Shown here: positions 39,256 through 48,552 of the stretch, piece after piece
How the letters are laid out: each line of letters begins with the position of its first letter
How positions within the stretch are numbered: position 1 is the stretch's first letter
Assembly: GCA_028286865.1 (NCBI GenBank)
Contig: JAQBQU010000010.1
Coordinates: forward strand, 6,143-70,142
Length of the DNA: 64,000 nt
Reading direction: 5' to 3'
Source: Candidatus Kaiserbacteria bacterium
GTDB lineage: Bacteria > Patescibacteriota > Minisyncoccia > Phycocordibacterales > UBA2100
Notes under the pieces: model-generated
What the model saw: the letters and a program-made list of their open reading frames with translations, nothing else
What the model was told of the DNA's origin: nothing
Database searches by the model: none
Translations under genes and position numbers: made by a program

Positions 39256-41802
39256 ATGAAGAAAAAGAGCGTACGACTGACCACGGATGTGCTTCCGCTC
39301 AAATATCAGATAGGCATCACGACCGACCTCGCTACATTCGTATTCACGGGCGAAGAGGTCATTCACCTCTCGCTCAAAAAGCCGACCCGCTCTATCACGC
39401 TGCACGCCAAGGATATCGGGATCTCGGCGGCGCGCGTGGCGCAGAAAAATATTGAGCAACCGACGCGCATCACGTTTGATGCCGCCTCCGAGACCGTCAC
39501 CTTTGTGTTTAAGACTCCACTCTCAAAAGGCCCCGCGAAGCTCGCGATCGCATTCCAGGGTGTGCTCAATGACAACATGCGCGGATTCTACAAAAGCAGC
39601 TATACCGTGGACGGAGAAACGAGATACCTTGCAACGACGCAGTTCGAAGCGACCGACGCGCGACGTGCATTCCCCTGCTTTGACGAGCCGGCGATGAAAG
39701 CGGTCTTCGAGGTCGCGCTTACCGTGGCTTCCGCGTACACGGTGATATCGAATACTATTCCGACCGCGACCGCAAAGCATTCCGACGGCACAAAGACCGT
39801 CACCTTTGCCCCGACGCCGCTCATGTCGACATACCTGCTCGCATTCATCATCGGCGACTTCGAGTGCGTCCAGAAAAAGAGCAAGGACGGCGTCCTGGTG
39901 CGCGTCTTTGTGACACCGGGCAAAAAGCACCAGGCGAAGTTCGCGCTCGATTGCGCCGCAAAGACGATCACATTCTTCAATACGTATTTTGATATCCCGT
40001 ATCCGATGCCGGTGATGGACCTCATCGCGATCCCGGATTTCGACGCGGGAGCCATGGAGAACTGGGGAGCGATCACCTATCGTGAAAGTGCTCTTTTGGT
40101 GGATCCCGAGCACTCCTCAACGATGACCAAGCAGTGGGTCGCGCTCGTGATCGCGCACGAGATAGCACACCAGTGGTTCGGCAACCTCGTTACGATGGAA
40201 TGGTGGACGCACCTGTGGCTCAACGAGGGCTTCGCCTCATATATTGAATATCTTGCGGTAGACCATATATTCCCCGCGTGGGACATCTGGACGCAGTTTC
40301 TGGTCAGTGATCATGGCCGCGCGCTCACCGCTGACGGGCTCAAGCACACTCACCCGATCGAGGTCGAAGTACATCACCCTGCGGAGATCACGGAGGTCTT
40401 CGATGCGGTCAGCTATTCCAAAGGCGCGAGCATCATCCGCATGCTTGCTGAATACCTCGGAGAGAAGGATTTCCGCGATGGCCTGCGCCACTATCTGAAG
40501 AAGCATCGCTACGGCAATACATTTACCGTCGACCTCTGGAATGCACTTTCCTCAGTATCGGGAAAGCCGGTCGCCAAGATCATGAGCAGCTGGACCGGTA
40601 CGGAAGGATACCCGCTGATCTCTATTACAGAGGGCAAGAAGCATCTTGAGCTCACCCAGGCGAGGTTCTTTGCGAGCCCGCTGTCGCAGAAGCAGTCTAA
40701 AGACGAGGGCCTCTGGCAGATACCGGTGAGCGTTGAGAACGCGAAAAAGCAACGGACGCAATTCATCATGAGCAAACCTGCTGCGCGCTTACCGAAAAGC
40801 GACTCATGGATAAAGCTCAACATGAACGAGACCGGCTTCTATCGCACGAGCTACCCGGCGCGCTTGCGGGATCTCCTTGCGGCGCCGATCTCCGAAAAGA
40901 AACTGAACACGCGCGACCGACTCGGGCTGATACGCGACATCATGGCGCTCGCTGAGACCGGAGAGATACCGACCCATGAGGGGTTGAAGTTCGCGCAGCA
41001 TTATACGAAGGAGACACAATACGTGGTGTGGTCGGAGATCGCGTCGCATCTGGCGAAACTGCATGTGCTGTTCGCAAATGAGCCCTTCGTCAAAGAATAC
41101 GATGCATTCGCATGCGCGATCTTCGATGAGATCCGTCGCTCTATCACGTGGGACATGAAGCCGAAGGATCATGCCCAAGCACTCCTGAAAGTACTGGTCT
41201 TGGGAAGCCTCGGAAGATACGGCGACAAGGAGACGGTCGCCGAGGCGAAGAAGCGCTTCGCCTCGATCACCGATAAAAAAAATCCGGTTCCGGCTGACCT
41301 GCGCGGCGTCGTGTATGACATTATCGCGAGAAACGGAGGTACCTCAGAATATGCGGCGCTCACGAAAATGTATACGGATGCGAGCCTTCACGAAGAAAAG
41401 AATCGGGTCGGACGCGCGCTCGGAAGCTTCAAGCAAAAGGACCTGCTTCAAAAGACGCTCGCCTTTTCCCTCTCTAAACACGTCCGGCCGCAGGATAGCG
41501 TGCGTATGATCGCGGGTGTTGTCGTAAATCCGCACGGCACCGAGCTTGCCTGGACATTCATCAAGAGAGAATGGAAGACATTTTCTGAGCGTTATACGGG
41601 AAGTCGCGACCTCGGGTATCTTTTTGCGCCGCTTGAGATCTCGGCATCGAAAGAACTCGCGCGCGACCTCGCAGGCTTCGTCAAGAAAAATAAGGCGCCC
41701 GGAACGGAACGCACCGTGCGTCAGGTGCTCGAACACATCAATTCGAATGCCGCATGGCTCACGCGTGACAAAATGAAGCTCAAGGCATTTTTGACACAAT
41801 AG
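39256..41802 (+). CDS. pepN: M1 family aminopeptidase
   Basis: GAMEN, HEIAH..NEGFA, ERAP1-like C-terminus. Confidence 0.95.
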   Translation: MKKKSVRLTTDVLPLKYQIGITTDLATFVFTGEEVIHLSLKKPTRSITLHAKDIGISAARVAQKNIEQPTRITFDAASETVTFVFKTPLSKGPAKLAIAFQGVLNDNMRGFYKSSYTVDGETRYLATTQFEATDARRAFPCFDEPAMKAVFEVALTVASAYTVISNTIPTATAKHSDGTKTVTFAPTPLMSTYLLAFIIGDFECVQKKSKDGVLVRVFVTPGKKHQAKFALDCAAKTITFFNTYFDIPYPMPVMDLIAIPDFDAGAMENWGAITYRESALLVDPEHSSTMTKQWVALVIAHEIAHQWFGNLVTMEWWTHLWLNEGFASYIEYLAVDHIFPAWDIWTQFLVSDHGRALTADGLKHTHPIEVEVHHPAEITEVFDAVSYSKGASIIRMLAEYLGEKDFRDGLRHYLKKHRYGNTFTVDLWNALSSVSGKPVAKIMSSWTGTEGYPLISITEGKKHLELTQARFFASPLSQKQSKDEGLWQIPVSVENAKKQRTQFIMSKPAARLPKSDSWIKLNMNETGFYRTSYPARLRDLLAAPISEKKLNTRDRLGLIRDIMALAETGEIPTHEGLKFAQHYTKETQYVVWSEIASHLAKLHVLFANEPFVKEYDAFACAIFDEIRRSITWDMKPKDHAQALLKVLVLGSLGRYGDKETVAEAKKRFASITDKKNPVPADLRGVVYDIIARNGGTSEYAALTKMYTDASLHEEKNRVGRALGSFKQKDLLQKTLAFSLSKHVRPQDSVRMIAGVVVNPHGTELAWTFIKREWKTFSERYTGSRDLGYLFAPLEISASKELARDLAGFVKKNKAPGTERTVRQVLEHINSNAAWLTRDKMKLKAFLTQ

Positions 41803-41811
41803 ACGGATGCA

Positions 41812-41840
41812 TGCAAAAGGCCCCCGAGGGGCCTTTTGCA
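41812..41840. terminator. Bidirectional terminator
   Basis: TGCAAAAGGCCCC-CGA-GGGGCCTTTTGCA. Confidence 0.85.
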
Positions 41841-41859
41841 ATGTCACACGAGTGACGAA

Positions 41860-42744
41860 TTAGTAGTTGGATCCGGATGCAGATGCGTTGGCCTGAGCAT
41901 TTGCCGATGTGGAACCGTTGAGTTCCTCGTTCATGATACGACGCATTTCAGCGACGATACGTGCCTGCGTATCGGCGGTGAGCTTGAACGACGCATTGGC
42001 ATTGGCATTGGCGGTTGCATTGGCGTTCGGAGTCGTGCCGCTCCCGCCGGCGGTAGTGGCCGATGTCTTGGTCATCGCGTCGACGCTTGCCTGAAGCTTC
42101 GCCTGAAGGTCCGCACGGTCGGTCGCGGTAAGGAACGTATACCATGGGTACTTCAGACTTACCTGGCCGTTCTGATCTACCATCGCGGTAGCCTTAACAG
42201 TCACCGGAATGAAGCCGAGGAAGCGGCCGCGCTGTTTGTAGGTCACGGCAACATCGGATGAATTTGCTTCAACAGCCGAAAGGTTGCTGTCGCTTTTCAT
42301 CTGTGATGCAACATATGCCTTGAGGTCGGCGCTGGACTGCACATCGGAAGCGGGGCGCGAGGTCCCCCATGATGAGCTTTCGACGGCATTAGAGTCGATG
42401 TCGGCTCTCGTGATCATGAGCGCGTCGCCCGTGCCCGCGTTGGCCTGAGCATCGGCGGATGTATGTACGTTGCCCGAGATAGAAGAATTGCCCGAAGTAC
42501 CGGTACCGTTCGATCCCGTCACTGATCCGTTGCCGCTGACGCCCACGCCCGCAGTGCCGGATGTGTTTGAGCCCGTGTTTGAAGAACCCGAGCCTGTGAC
42601 ACCAACTGAAGTGGTGACCGATCCGGTCAGATCACCGTTGGTGCTGCCTGAGCCGTTACCCACACTGAGGGCTGCGGCCGGGAGTACGGCACCGAGTGCG
42701 ATGGCTGCCACTGAGGCACCTGCTGCTATTTTTCGAATGTCCAT
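41860..42744 (-). CDS. Secreted Ser/Gly/Ala-rich protein
   Basis: Signal peptide, low-complexity arms, globular core RFLGFIPV..YPWY. Confidence 0.75.
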   Translation of the reverse strand: MDIRKIAAGASVAAIALGAVLPAAALSVGNGSGSTNGDLTGSVTTSVGVTGSGSSNTGSNTSGTAGVGVSGNGSVTGSNGTGTSGNSSISGNVHTSADAQANAGTGDALMITRADIDSNAVESSSWGTSRPASDVQSSADLKAYVASQMKSDSNLSAVEANSSDVAVTYKQRGRFLGFIPVTVKATAMVDQNGQVSLKYPWYTFLTATDRADLQAKLQASVDAMTKTSATTAGGSGTTPNANATANANANASFKLTADTQARIVAEMRRIMNEELNGSTSANAQANASASGSNY

Positions 42745-43044
42745 ATTATTTTGTTTGCATTACTGCTAATTTATAACCGGCGTCTTCACATGGCGAATGC
42801 CGTGCGAAGCGAGCATCATACGGGACCAATTATGAAGGTGAAATGAAAGATCCGCGCCTTTTGCCGCACCGTCAATTGGTCAGGGACCATGCCCGAATTG
42901 CAGCAAGGTCCCCTACATAGGTAATGACGATCTCGCCCCGCCCCGCTTACGCTCCTCCCGCTCACTGCTTCATATCTGGTTCACCCATAGCAGGGTATAT
43001 ATAGAAAATACATTCCTCTATTAATAATAATTCATTCAATAACT

Positions 43045-43587
43045 ATGGCAAAAAAGAAAGCAACAACATCCAAATACTCAACCCTCCATGAGCTGCTTAT
43101 TTTAAAGCTGCAGACCCTGCACGATGTCGAGAAAGAACTTATAAAAGCACTTCCCAAAATGGCCAAGGCGGCGACCGATCCTGCGTTGAAGAGCGCATTC
43201 TCTGAGCACCTTGAAGAGACCAAGACACATGAAGCGCGGATCGATCAGGCACTTGAACATGCCGGCGACACAGGCAAGCACAAGCAGAAGTCCGAAGCCA
43301 TCCGTGGATTGATCAAGGACGCACAGTGGTGCATCAAGAACGTGAAAGAGCCGCGTGCGCGGGATGCCATTCTGATCGCCGCTGCCCAGTACGTCGAACA
43401 CTATGAAATGGCAGGATACGGCGCCGCTCGGACGTGGGCGGAAGACATGGGTCATGCAGAGATATCGGATCTGCTTCAATTGACGCTTACGGAAGAAGGC
43501 AATGCGAATAAGAAACTCACAAGCTTAGCCGAAGGCGGCATCAATGAAAATGTTGCAAGCGGAATGGAGGAGCAGATCGCCCTGTGA
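43045..43587 (+). CDS. Ferritin-like DUF892/YciF family protein
   Basis: ALPKMAKAA, HLEETKTH, QYVEHYEMAGYG. Confidence 0.9.
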   Translation: MAKKKATTSKYSTLHELLILKLQTLHDVEKELIKALPKMAKAATDPALKSAFSEHLEETKTHEARIDQALEHAGDTGKHKQKSEAIRGLIKDAQWCIKNVKEPRARDAILIAAAQYVEHYEMAGYGAARTWAEDMGHAEISDLLQLTLTEEGNANKKLTSLAEGGINENVASGMEEQIAL

Positions 43588-43588
43588 T

Positions 43589-44044
43589 CTATGGGAGCCG
43601 ACTTATGAGCCGATGCATTTCAGCGATGGAATTGACCGTGTGTGTCGGCACATAGCTCTCTCCCAAGACGCTCGCGAACGACTGCTGTCTGAACCATATC
43701 GTTTCAATACCGAGTTCCCCTGCAGCGACAAGTTCCGACGAGATCATGTCGCCCACGACGATGCAGGTCTCCGGAGTGAGGCTATGTGCCTTCAATATAT
43801 CGCGCAGATTGTCCGCATCTTTTTTATCGACGAAATAGGCACCTGCAAAGAGATCGGCTATTTCCATCTCCTCGAGAAGTTCAAGGCGGCTGCGGTCGCG
43901 GCGACTATAGAGGATGAGCTGGCGGTCCTCAGAGACCTCGTTGAGCATCGCGCGGGCACCGTTGTAGAGATTTGCGCTCACGGGGTCGTAGAGCGTTCGA
44001 ATGAAATCAAAAATCACCGCGCGTTTCGGATGTTCATTTTTCAT
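43589..44044 (-). CDS. HAD-like hydrolase
   Basis: VIFDFIRTL, VVGD..SEL.AA.ELG. Confidence 0.75.
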   Translation of the reverse strand: MKNEHPKRAVIFDFIRTLYDPVSANLYNGARAMLNEVSEDRQLILYSRRDRSRLELLEEMEIADLFAGAYFVDKKDADNLRDILKAHSLTPETCIVVGDMISSELVAAGELGIETIWFRQQSFASVLGESYVPTHTVNSIAEMHRLISRLP

Positions 44045-44054
44045 GATGTACGTA

Positions 44055-44441
44055 TTAAGACGTGCGAAAGCCCTCTTTCTGACCGGTATCATCGCTTTCG
44101 AAAAAAGCGAGGGCGAGGGCTCCCGCCGCGATCGAAAGATCCCTGAAAACGACCTCAAAATTGCTGAAGTCGAAAATAACGATGGCAAGCAGAATGAGCG
44201 CGGCGAGTACCGAAGGGTACTGCACACGTCTACCGGAGAGTATCCATAGAGCGATCACGACCTCAAGAATGCCGAATCCGTGGAGCAGCACCATATCCGG
44301 CACGTATCCGTGCATGAAGGCCGGAAAGTATCCGAGCCACGAATACGGGTCGTAGAGCGCACTGATCGGCGGGTATAAGAACGCGAAGGCCACGCCGATC
44401 CTGAGGATAAGCATGCCTTTTTGGTGCGATTTCATTGTCAT
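44055..44441 (-). CDS. DoxX-like membrane protein
   Basis: LRIGVAFAF, GILEVV, FRDL; several TM helices. Confidence 0.75.
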   Translation of the reverse strand: MTMKSHQKGMLILRIGVAFAFLYPPISALYDPYSWLGYFPAFMHGYVPDMVLLHGFGILEVVIALWILSGRRVQYPSVLAALILLAIVIFDFSNFEVVFRDLSIAAGALALAFFESDDTGQKEGFRTS

Positions 44442-44456
44442 AAGCCTAGGTGGTGA

Positions 44457-45506
44457 TTATAACGCAATTGCCGCGCTCGCCGCCTCCGAGGAGCTTGGCA
44501 CCCGCGGGAGGGCGCTCTGGTCGTAGACGAGCATTAGTACAACGACACCCACGAGCACAAAGCCGCCGGTCAGCACTTCCATGTATACGAATCGCTTTCG
44601 CGCATGTACGGCAAGCGTTATCAAGAGGATCATGAGGAAGAAACCGATCAGTGCCGAGAGCAGATACAGTATGAAATGCGTCGGTGAGGTGACGGCTACC
44701 GCGACGCGAGCGGGCGCCGGAGCGCTGTGTGCCGTCGTCTGTTCGGAAGCGACGGTGGTGACCGGGGCGGCAGCCGTCTTTACAGCCTTGACCGCTGTCA
44801 CGGGTTTCTTGGGAGGAACGGTCTCAGACCCCAGAACAGCCGCCTTGGGATTCACGGTCGTAGCGAGAGCGGTCGCAGGCACAGTTGCGACAGACGCATT
44901 CGAAACGACGGCCGCAGCGGCAGCTGACGAGTCTTCTGCACGCGTCGCGAAGAACTGCACCACGAAGGTGGTCTCTTTACCCTGATACATTCCCTGAGCG
45001 ATGCCGATGCCGATGCGCGTATATTGTGCCTTGAGAATATTGGCCCGATGCATCGGCGAATTCATCCATGCGGTTTCTACGTCTTGAGAATCGGTGAAAT
45101 CCACCGCGAGGTTCTCCCCCGCGTACGAATACGGATACTTCACCGAATCGAACCAGTACCACGGGGTCTTGCCGTCGGGAGAAACGTGCGAGAAATACCC
45201 CTTGGCCGCCATGTCGTTTGCCTTTGCCTGCGCCGCTTGAGCCAGAAGCGGGTCTTCGGTGAGCGATGAGAGCCCTTGAGAACTGCGGTCGGCATTGGTC
45301 AGGCTCGTAATGGCTGCGGGGAGCACCGCCGCGAGAAAGCCATTGTTCTTGAGGACGACGTGTATCTGGATGAGGTATATCCCTTCGATGAGCAGGAGGC
45401 ATAAGACCAAAGCTCCGACCGATTGCCTGCTGAAGATCTGCGGCTTGTAGCGATTGCGCCGATGCGGTATGAGATATCGCTTGAGGGACCTCAGTAACTG
45501 CTTCAT
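44457..45506 (-). CDS. CAP/SCP-domain membrane-anchored protein
   Basis: YFSHVSP, AGENLA, WMNSPMHRANIL; two C-terminal TMs. Confidence 0.88.
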   Translation of the reverse strand: MKQLLRSLKRYLIPHRRNRYKPQIFSRQSVGALVLCLLLIEGIYLIQIHVVLKNNGFLAAVLPAAITSLTNADRSSQGLSSLTEDPLLAQAAQAKANDMAAKGYFSHVSPDGKTPWYWFDSVKYPYSYAGENLAVDFTDSQDVETAWMNSPMHRANILKAQYTRIGIGIAQGMYQGKETTFVVQFFATRAEDSSAAAAAVVSNASVATVPATALATTVNPKAAVLGSETVPPKKPVTAVKAVKTAAAPVTTVASEQTTAHSAPAPARVAVAVTSPTHFILYLLSALIGFFLMILLITLAVHARKRFVYMEVLTGGFVLVGVVVLMLVYDQSALPRVPSSSEAASAAIAL

Positions 45507-45532
45507 TTCATCCATAATACACCACCATAAAA

Positions 45533-45560
45533 CAACAACCCCGCTTTCGCGGGGTTGTTG
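45533..45560 (-). terminator. Terminator after surface protein A
   Basis: CAACAACCCCGC-TTTC-GCGGGGTTGTTG. Confidence 0.8.
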
Positions 45561-45582
45561 TGGGCGCGGGTCTAAGCAGTGC

Positions 45583-48324
45583 TTAGTGACCTGCAGCGGC
45601 CTTCGCTGCGATGATCGCTGCAAGCTGGGCCTGAAGGGCCTGAAGCTGGGCAGTGAGGCTCGCAATGAGGGCTGCGCGCTGTGCGTCGGTCATGACCGGG
45701 GTCACCGTAGCGTTTACCACTGCGCGCGTGAGCGGGCCGAAGTATCCTACTGACGGCTTGATGCCATGAGCTGACTGGTACGCGGCGACAGCTGCACGTG
45801 TCTGGACACCGAAGTATCCGTACGTGGCCGTGCCGTTCGTAAGGGCCGGTATCGAGAAGCCTTGCGCGATGAGGAACTTCTGGAGTTCTATCACCTGCGT
45901 GCCGGTCGAGCCGATCGTGAGATCAGTCGTGAAGTTGAAGGTACTGGCACCGAGGACCTGACCACCGGTCGAGCCGCCTACGGAACCCGTAGTGCCGCCC
46001 GTCGTTCCGGTAGTGCCACCAGTCGTGCCTGTTGTTGCGCCGGTAAGCGGAGCGGTACCGGTCGATCCTGCGATCGGTCCGTTGCCTCCACCACCACCCC
46101 CTCCGTTGTTAGATACAGTAGCTGCAGTTTCGGTATAGAGAGTGAAGACCGTGAAGTGTTTCGTCCAGACGACGAGATCGCCGCCCACGTCCATTTTACA
46201 ATCGGCTCCTGCAGCGAGACTGCTGTCTTCTGCGGTCTGATCATTTGCTGAACACGTAGCGGTTATCGTCGTGAACGCTCCTCCCGGAGCTTTCCAACCG
46301 ATGAGCTTGCCCGCCTGACCCGAGAACGTGAGCTTCGCTGCGCGAGAAAGCGTCAGCTTGCTCTGCGTCGAACCGATCTCCACTGAATAGACGGAAGATG
46401 TGACCGTGGAGTTGCTCGACGGAGTGACACCTTGAGTCGTTACGAAGTGTACCGGTTCAAGAGTCCCGTCCCAATTCGAGTCACCAGTGATCACCGTGTT
46501 CGGTGCGATCGATTCACTGACGGTGCTGCCGTTGGCGTTGGTTGCGCTCGAAGTAGTCGTCGCGCTGCCGGTGCTTGATGCAACTCCCGAGAACTGAAGG
46601 GTCGTCTTCGCGAAGTCCGTGTACCACGGAGAGTACGAGACGTTGCCATCTATTGTGCTGCCTGTTGCGCTCGTGCTTGATGCCGTCTTAGGACCTGAGG
46701 CGCTTCCCCAGTAGTTCTTTGTTGCGTCTACAGCAGCTGTCGTTGTGCCGTTTCCGTTCTGTGCAGTAACTCCCACCGGAACGTTCACAAAGTCGTTCTC
46801 ATGTATCGAAGCGTTTGATGCGTTCGATTCGAAGCTTACGCCTGTGTTGGTCTCGTGTACGTTGTTATCGTTGACTGTCGCAGAAGAGGTGTCGCCGGGA
46901 GCATAGAACGACCCGACGGTGACTGCTGTGTCATCGCTATAAATCTCATTGTTGTGGACGTTGGCAGAAGACGCCGAGCCATTTGCAGTGCCATCGAACG
47001 AGGTCACAATGACCGCCGTCGAAGACCATGTCGGCGTCGTGCCAGTTGTCAGAGCGTTGTGAAGGACGTTACCGTAGACCTCTACATTAGAACCGGTCCA
47101 GATAGTAACGAGGTTTTGTACTCGGCCGGTACCGTCGACGTTGTCGCCGATGATATCGCTGGCGAAGATGGAGCCTGTCGAGGTGCTGAAGCGAATGCCT
47201 CGCTTGTGGAAGCTTGAGATCGCTACATTGTGCACATTGGCGGTACTACCGCTTACATCGATACCGTTCTCTGCGGAAGCACCCGTGGATGCTACGGCAA
47301 GGTTCTCGATGGTAACTCCGGTCGCTCCGTTTACTTTAATGACGTAATTGGCATTCGTAGATGTTCCGGTGATCATCGTTGGCGTAGTTGTCGCGCCGGC
47401 ACCGTTGAGTGTAAGTGCCTTTGAGATGAGCACGCTTTCCGGATAGGTGCCTGCCGCGACGGTTACGGTGCCGCCCGCTGCAACGGCATCAACTGCCGAC
47501 TGAATGGTGGAATAGCACGGTGTTTGCCCTGCACATGTATTGTCTGTTCCGTTTACATATGCGGCGGTCGGTGCCGGTGTCGGATCGAAGTCGAATGTTG
47601 TTGTGGTGGATCCTGTTATGCCGACGGTGAGATTGTCGACGTTACCATCGAACGCTTCGCCATCTGCACCGTTCGTACGAAGAATGAGCTGCCCGGGAGC
47701 GCGCATTGCGATATTTGGGTAGGAGGCAAGAACCTCCGCCCACGTGCAGGGATCAGCCTGGGTACAGACGCTCGAGACCGCTCCGTTGAGAGTTGCGTGA
47801 GAGAACCACCAATTTCCAGTGCTGGTACTACTTGCTGCTGCTCCGGTAAGGGTGTCCCATGTTTGCCAAGAGCCCGTGTTCACTGTCTGAGTGAAGTATG
47901 GTTCGTAGGTCAAACGGCCTTCGTATGAGGTGATGCCGTCGGTACTGTTGCTGTCGACATCGAAGCCGAGCGACGGGACCTGGGCCGACGTGCCGCTCGC
48001 GCGATACGTGGAAAACGAGAGCGCCGTGATGCTACTGAGTGATGTGGATGCGAACTGCGAAGTAGCGATACCGTATTTGTCGGTCGTCGCTTTTGTGAGA
48101 TGCACGCTTCCGCTTCCGACGGGCGGTGTGCCCGGACCGGTAACGAAACCATGAGCTGCAGTATCGGTCTGGACGGTGTCTGTCTGATCATTATAGAGAT
48201 ACCAGCCGTTGAGACTCGCCGGCGTGACGACTGTCGCCGCGGATGCGATCCCCGCGAACGAAAAAGCCGCCGTCATGATGACCGCGCTGATAATCGAACC
48301 CTTCAATATATTCTTACTATTCAT
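45583..48324 (-). CDS. Large secreted surface protein A (beta-sandwich, beta-helix-like region, PG-binding-like C-terminus)
   Basis: Signal peptide, TIQSAVDA..GTV.V..GTY.E beta-helix start, NYWG, VWTKHFT, DLTIGSTG..V.ELQ. Confidence 0.85.
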   Translation of the reverse strand: MNSKNILKGSIISAVIMTAAFSFAGIASAATVVTPASLNGWYLYNDQTDTVQTDTAAHGFVTGPGTPPVGSGSVHLTKATTDKYGIATSQFASTSLSSITALSFSTYRASGTSAQVPSLGFDVDSNSTDGITSYEGRLTYEPYFTQTVNTGSWQTWDTLTGAAASSTSTGNWWFSHATLNGAVSSVCTQADPCTWAEVLASYPNIAMRAPGQLILRTNGADGEAFDGNVDNLTVGITGSTTTTFDFDPTPAPTAAYVNGTDNTCAGQTPCYSTIQSAVDAVAAGGTVTVAAGTYPESVLISKALTLNGAGATTTPTMITGTSTNANYVIKVNGATGVTIENLAVASTGASAENGIDVSGSTANVHNVAISSFHKRGIRFSTSTGSIFASDIIGDNVDGTGRVQNLVTIWTGSNVEVYGNVLHNALTTGTTPTWSSTAVIVTSFDGTANGSASSANVHNNEIYSDDTAVTVGSFYAPGDTSSATVNDNNVHETNTGVSFESNASNASIHENDFVNVPVGVTAQNGNGTTTAAVDATKNYWGSASGPKTASSTSATGSTIDGNVSYSPWYTDFAKTTLQFSGVASSTGSATTTSSATNANGSTVSESIAPNTVITGDSNWDGTLEPVHFVTTQGVTPSSNSTVTSSVYSVEIGSTQSKLTLSRAAKLTFSGQAGKLIGWKAPGGAFTTITATCSANDQTAEDSSLAAGADCKMDVGGDLVVWTKHFTVFTLYTETAATVSNNGGGGGGGNGPIAGSTGTAPLTGATTGTTGGTTGTTGGTTGSVGGSTGGQVLGASTFNFTTDLTIGSTGTQVIELQKFLIAQGFSIPALTNGTATYGYFGVQTRAAVAAYQSAHGIKPSVGYFGPLTRAVVNATVTPVMTDAQRAALIASLTAQLQALQAQLAAIIAAKAAAGH

Positions 48325-48503
48325 ATGCTGCTTACTATTTGATAAATACTAATAATCCAAGCTCTCCCCTTTGATCAAAGATCATTCGTCTTTTCTCTTG
48401 AAGTTCTGCTTATGTCGTCTCTATACTTAGTGACGCTGGCAGTACTATTACATTACGTTCATGTACGTGAGATGAACGGTTTTCTTCACCTGGCGTTCAT
48501 AAA

Positions 48504-48531
48504 CAAAAGCCCCGCTTACGCGGGGCTTTTG
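48504..48531 (-). terminator. Terminator after surface protein B
   Basis: CAAAAGCCCCGC-TTAC-GCGGGGCTTTTG. Confidence 0.8.
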
Positions 48532-48552
48532 CAATTCTTTCGAGTGAAAGGA

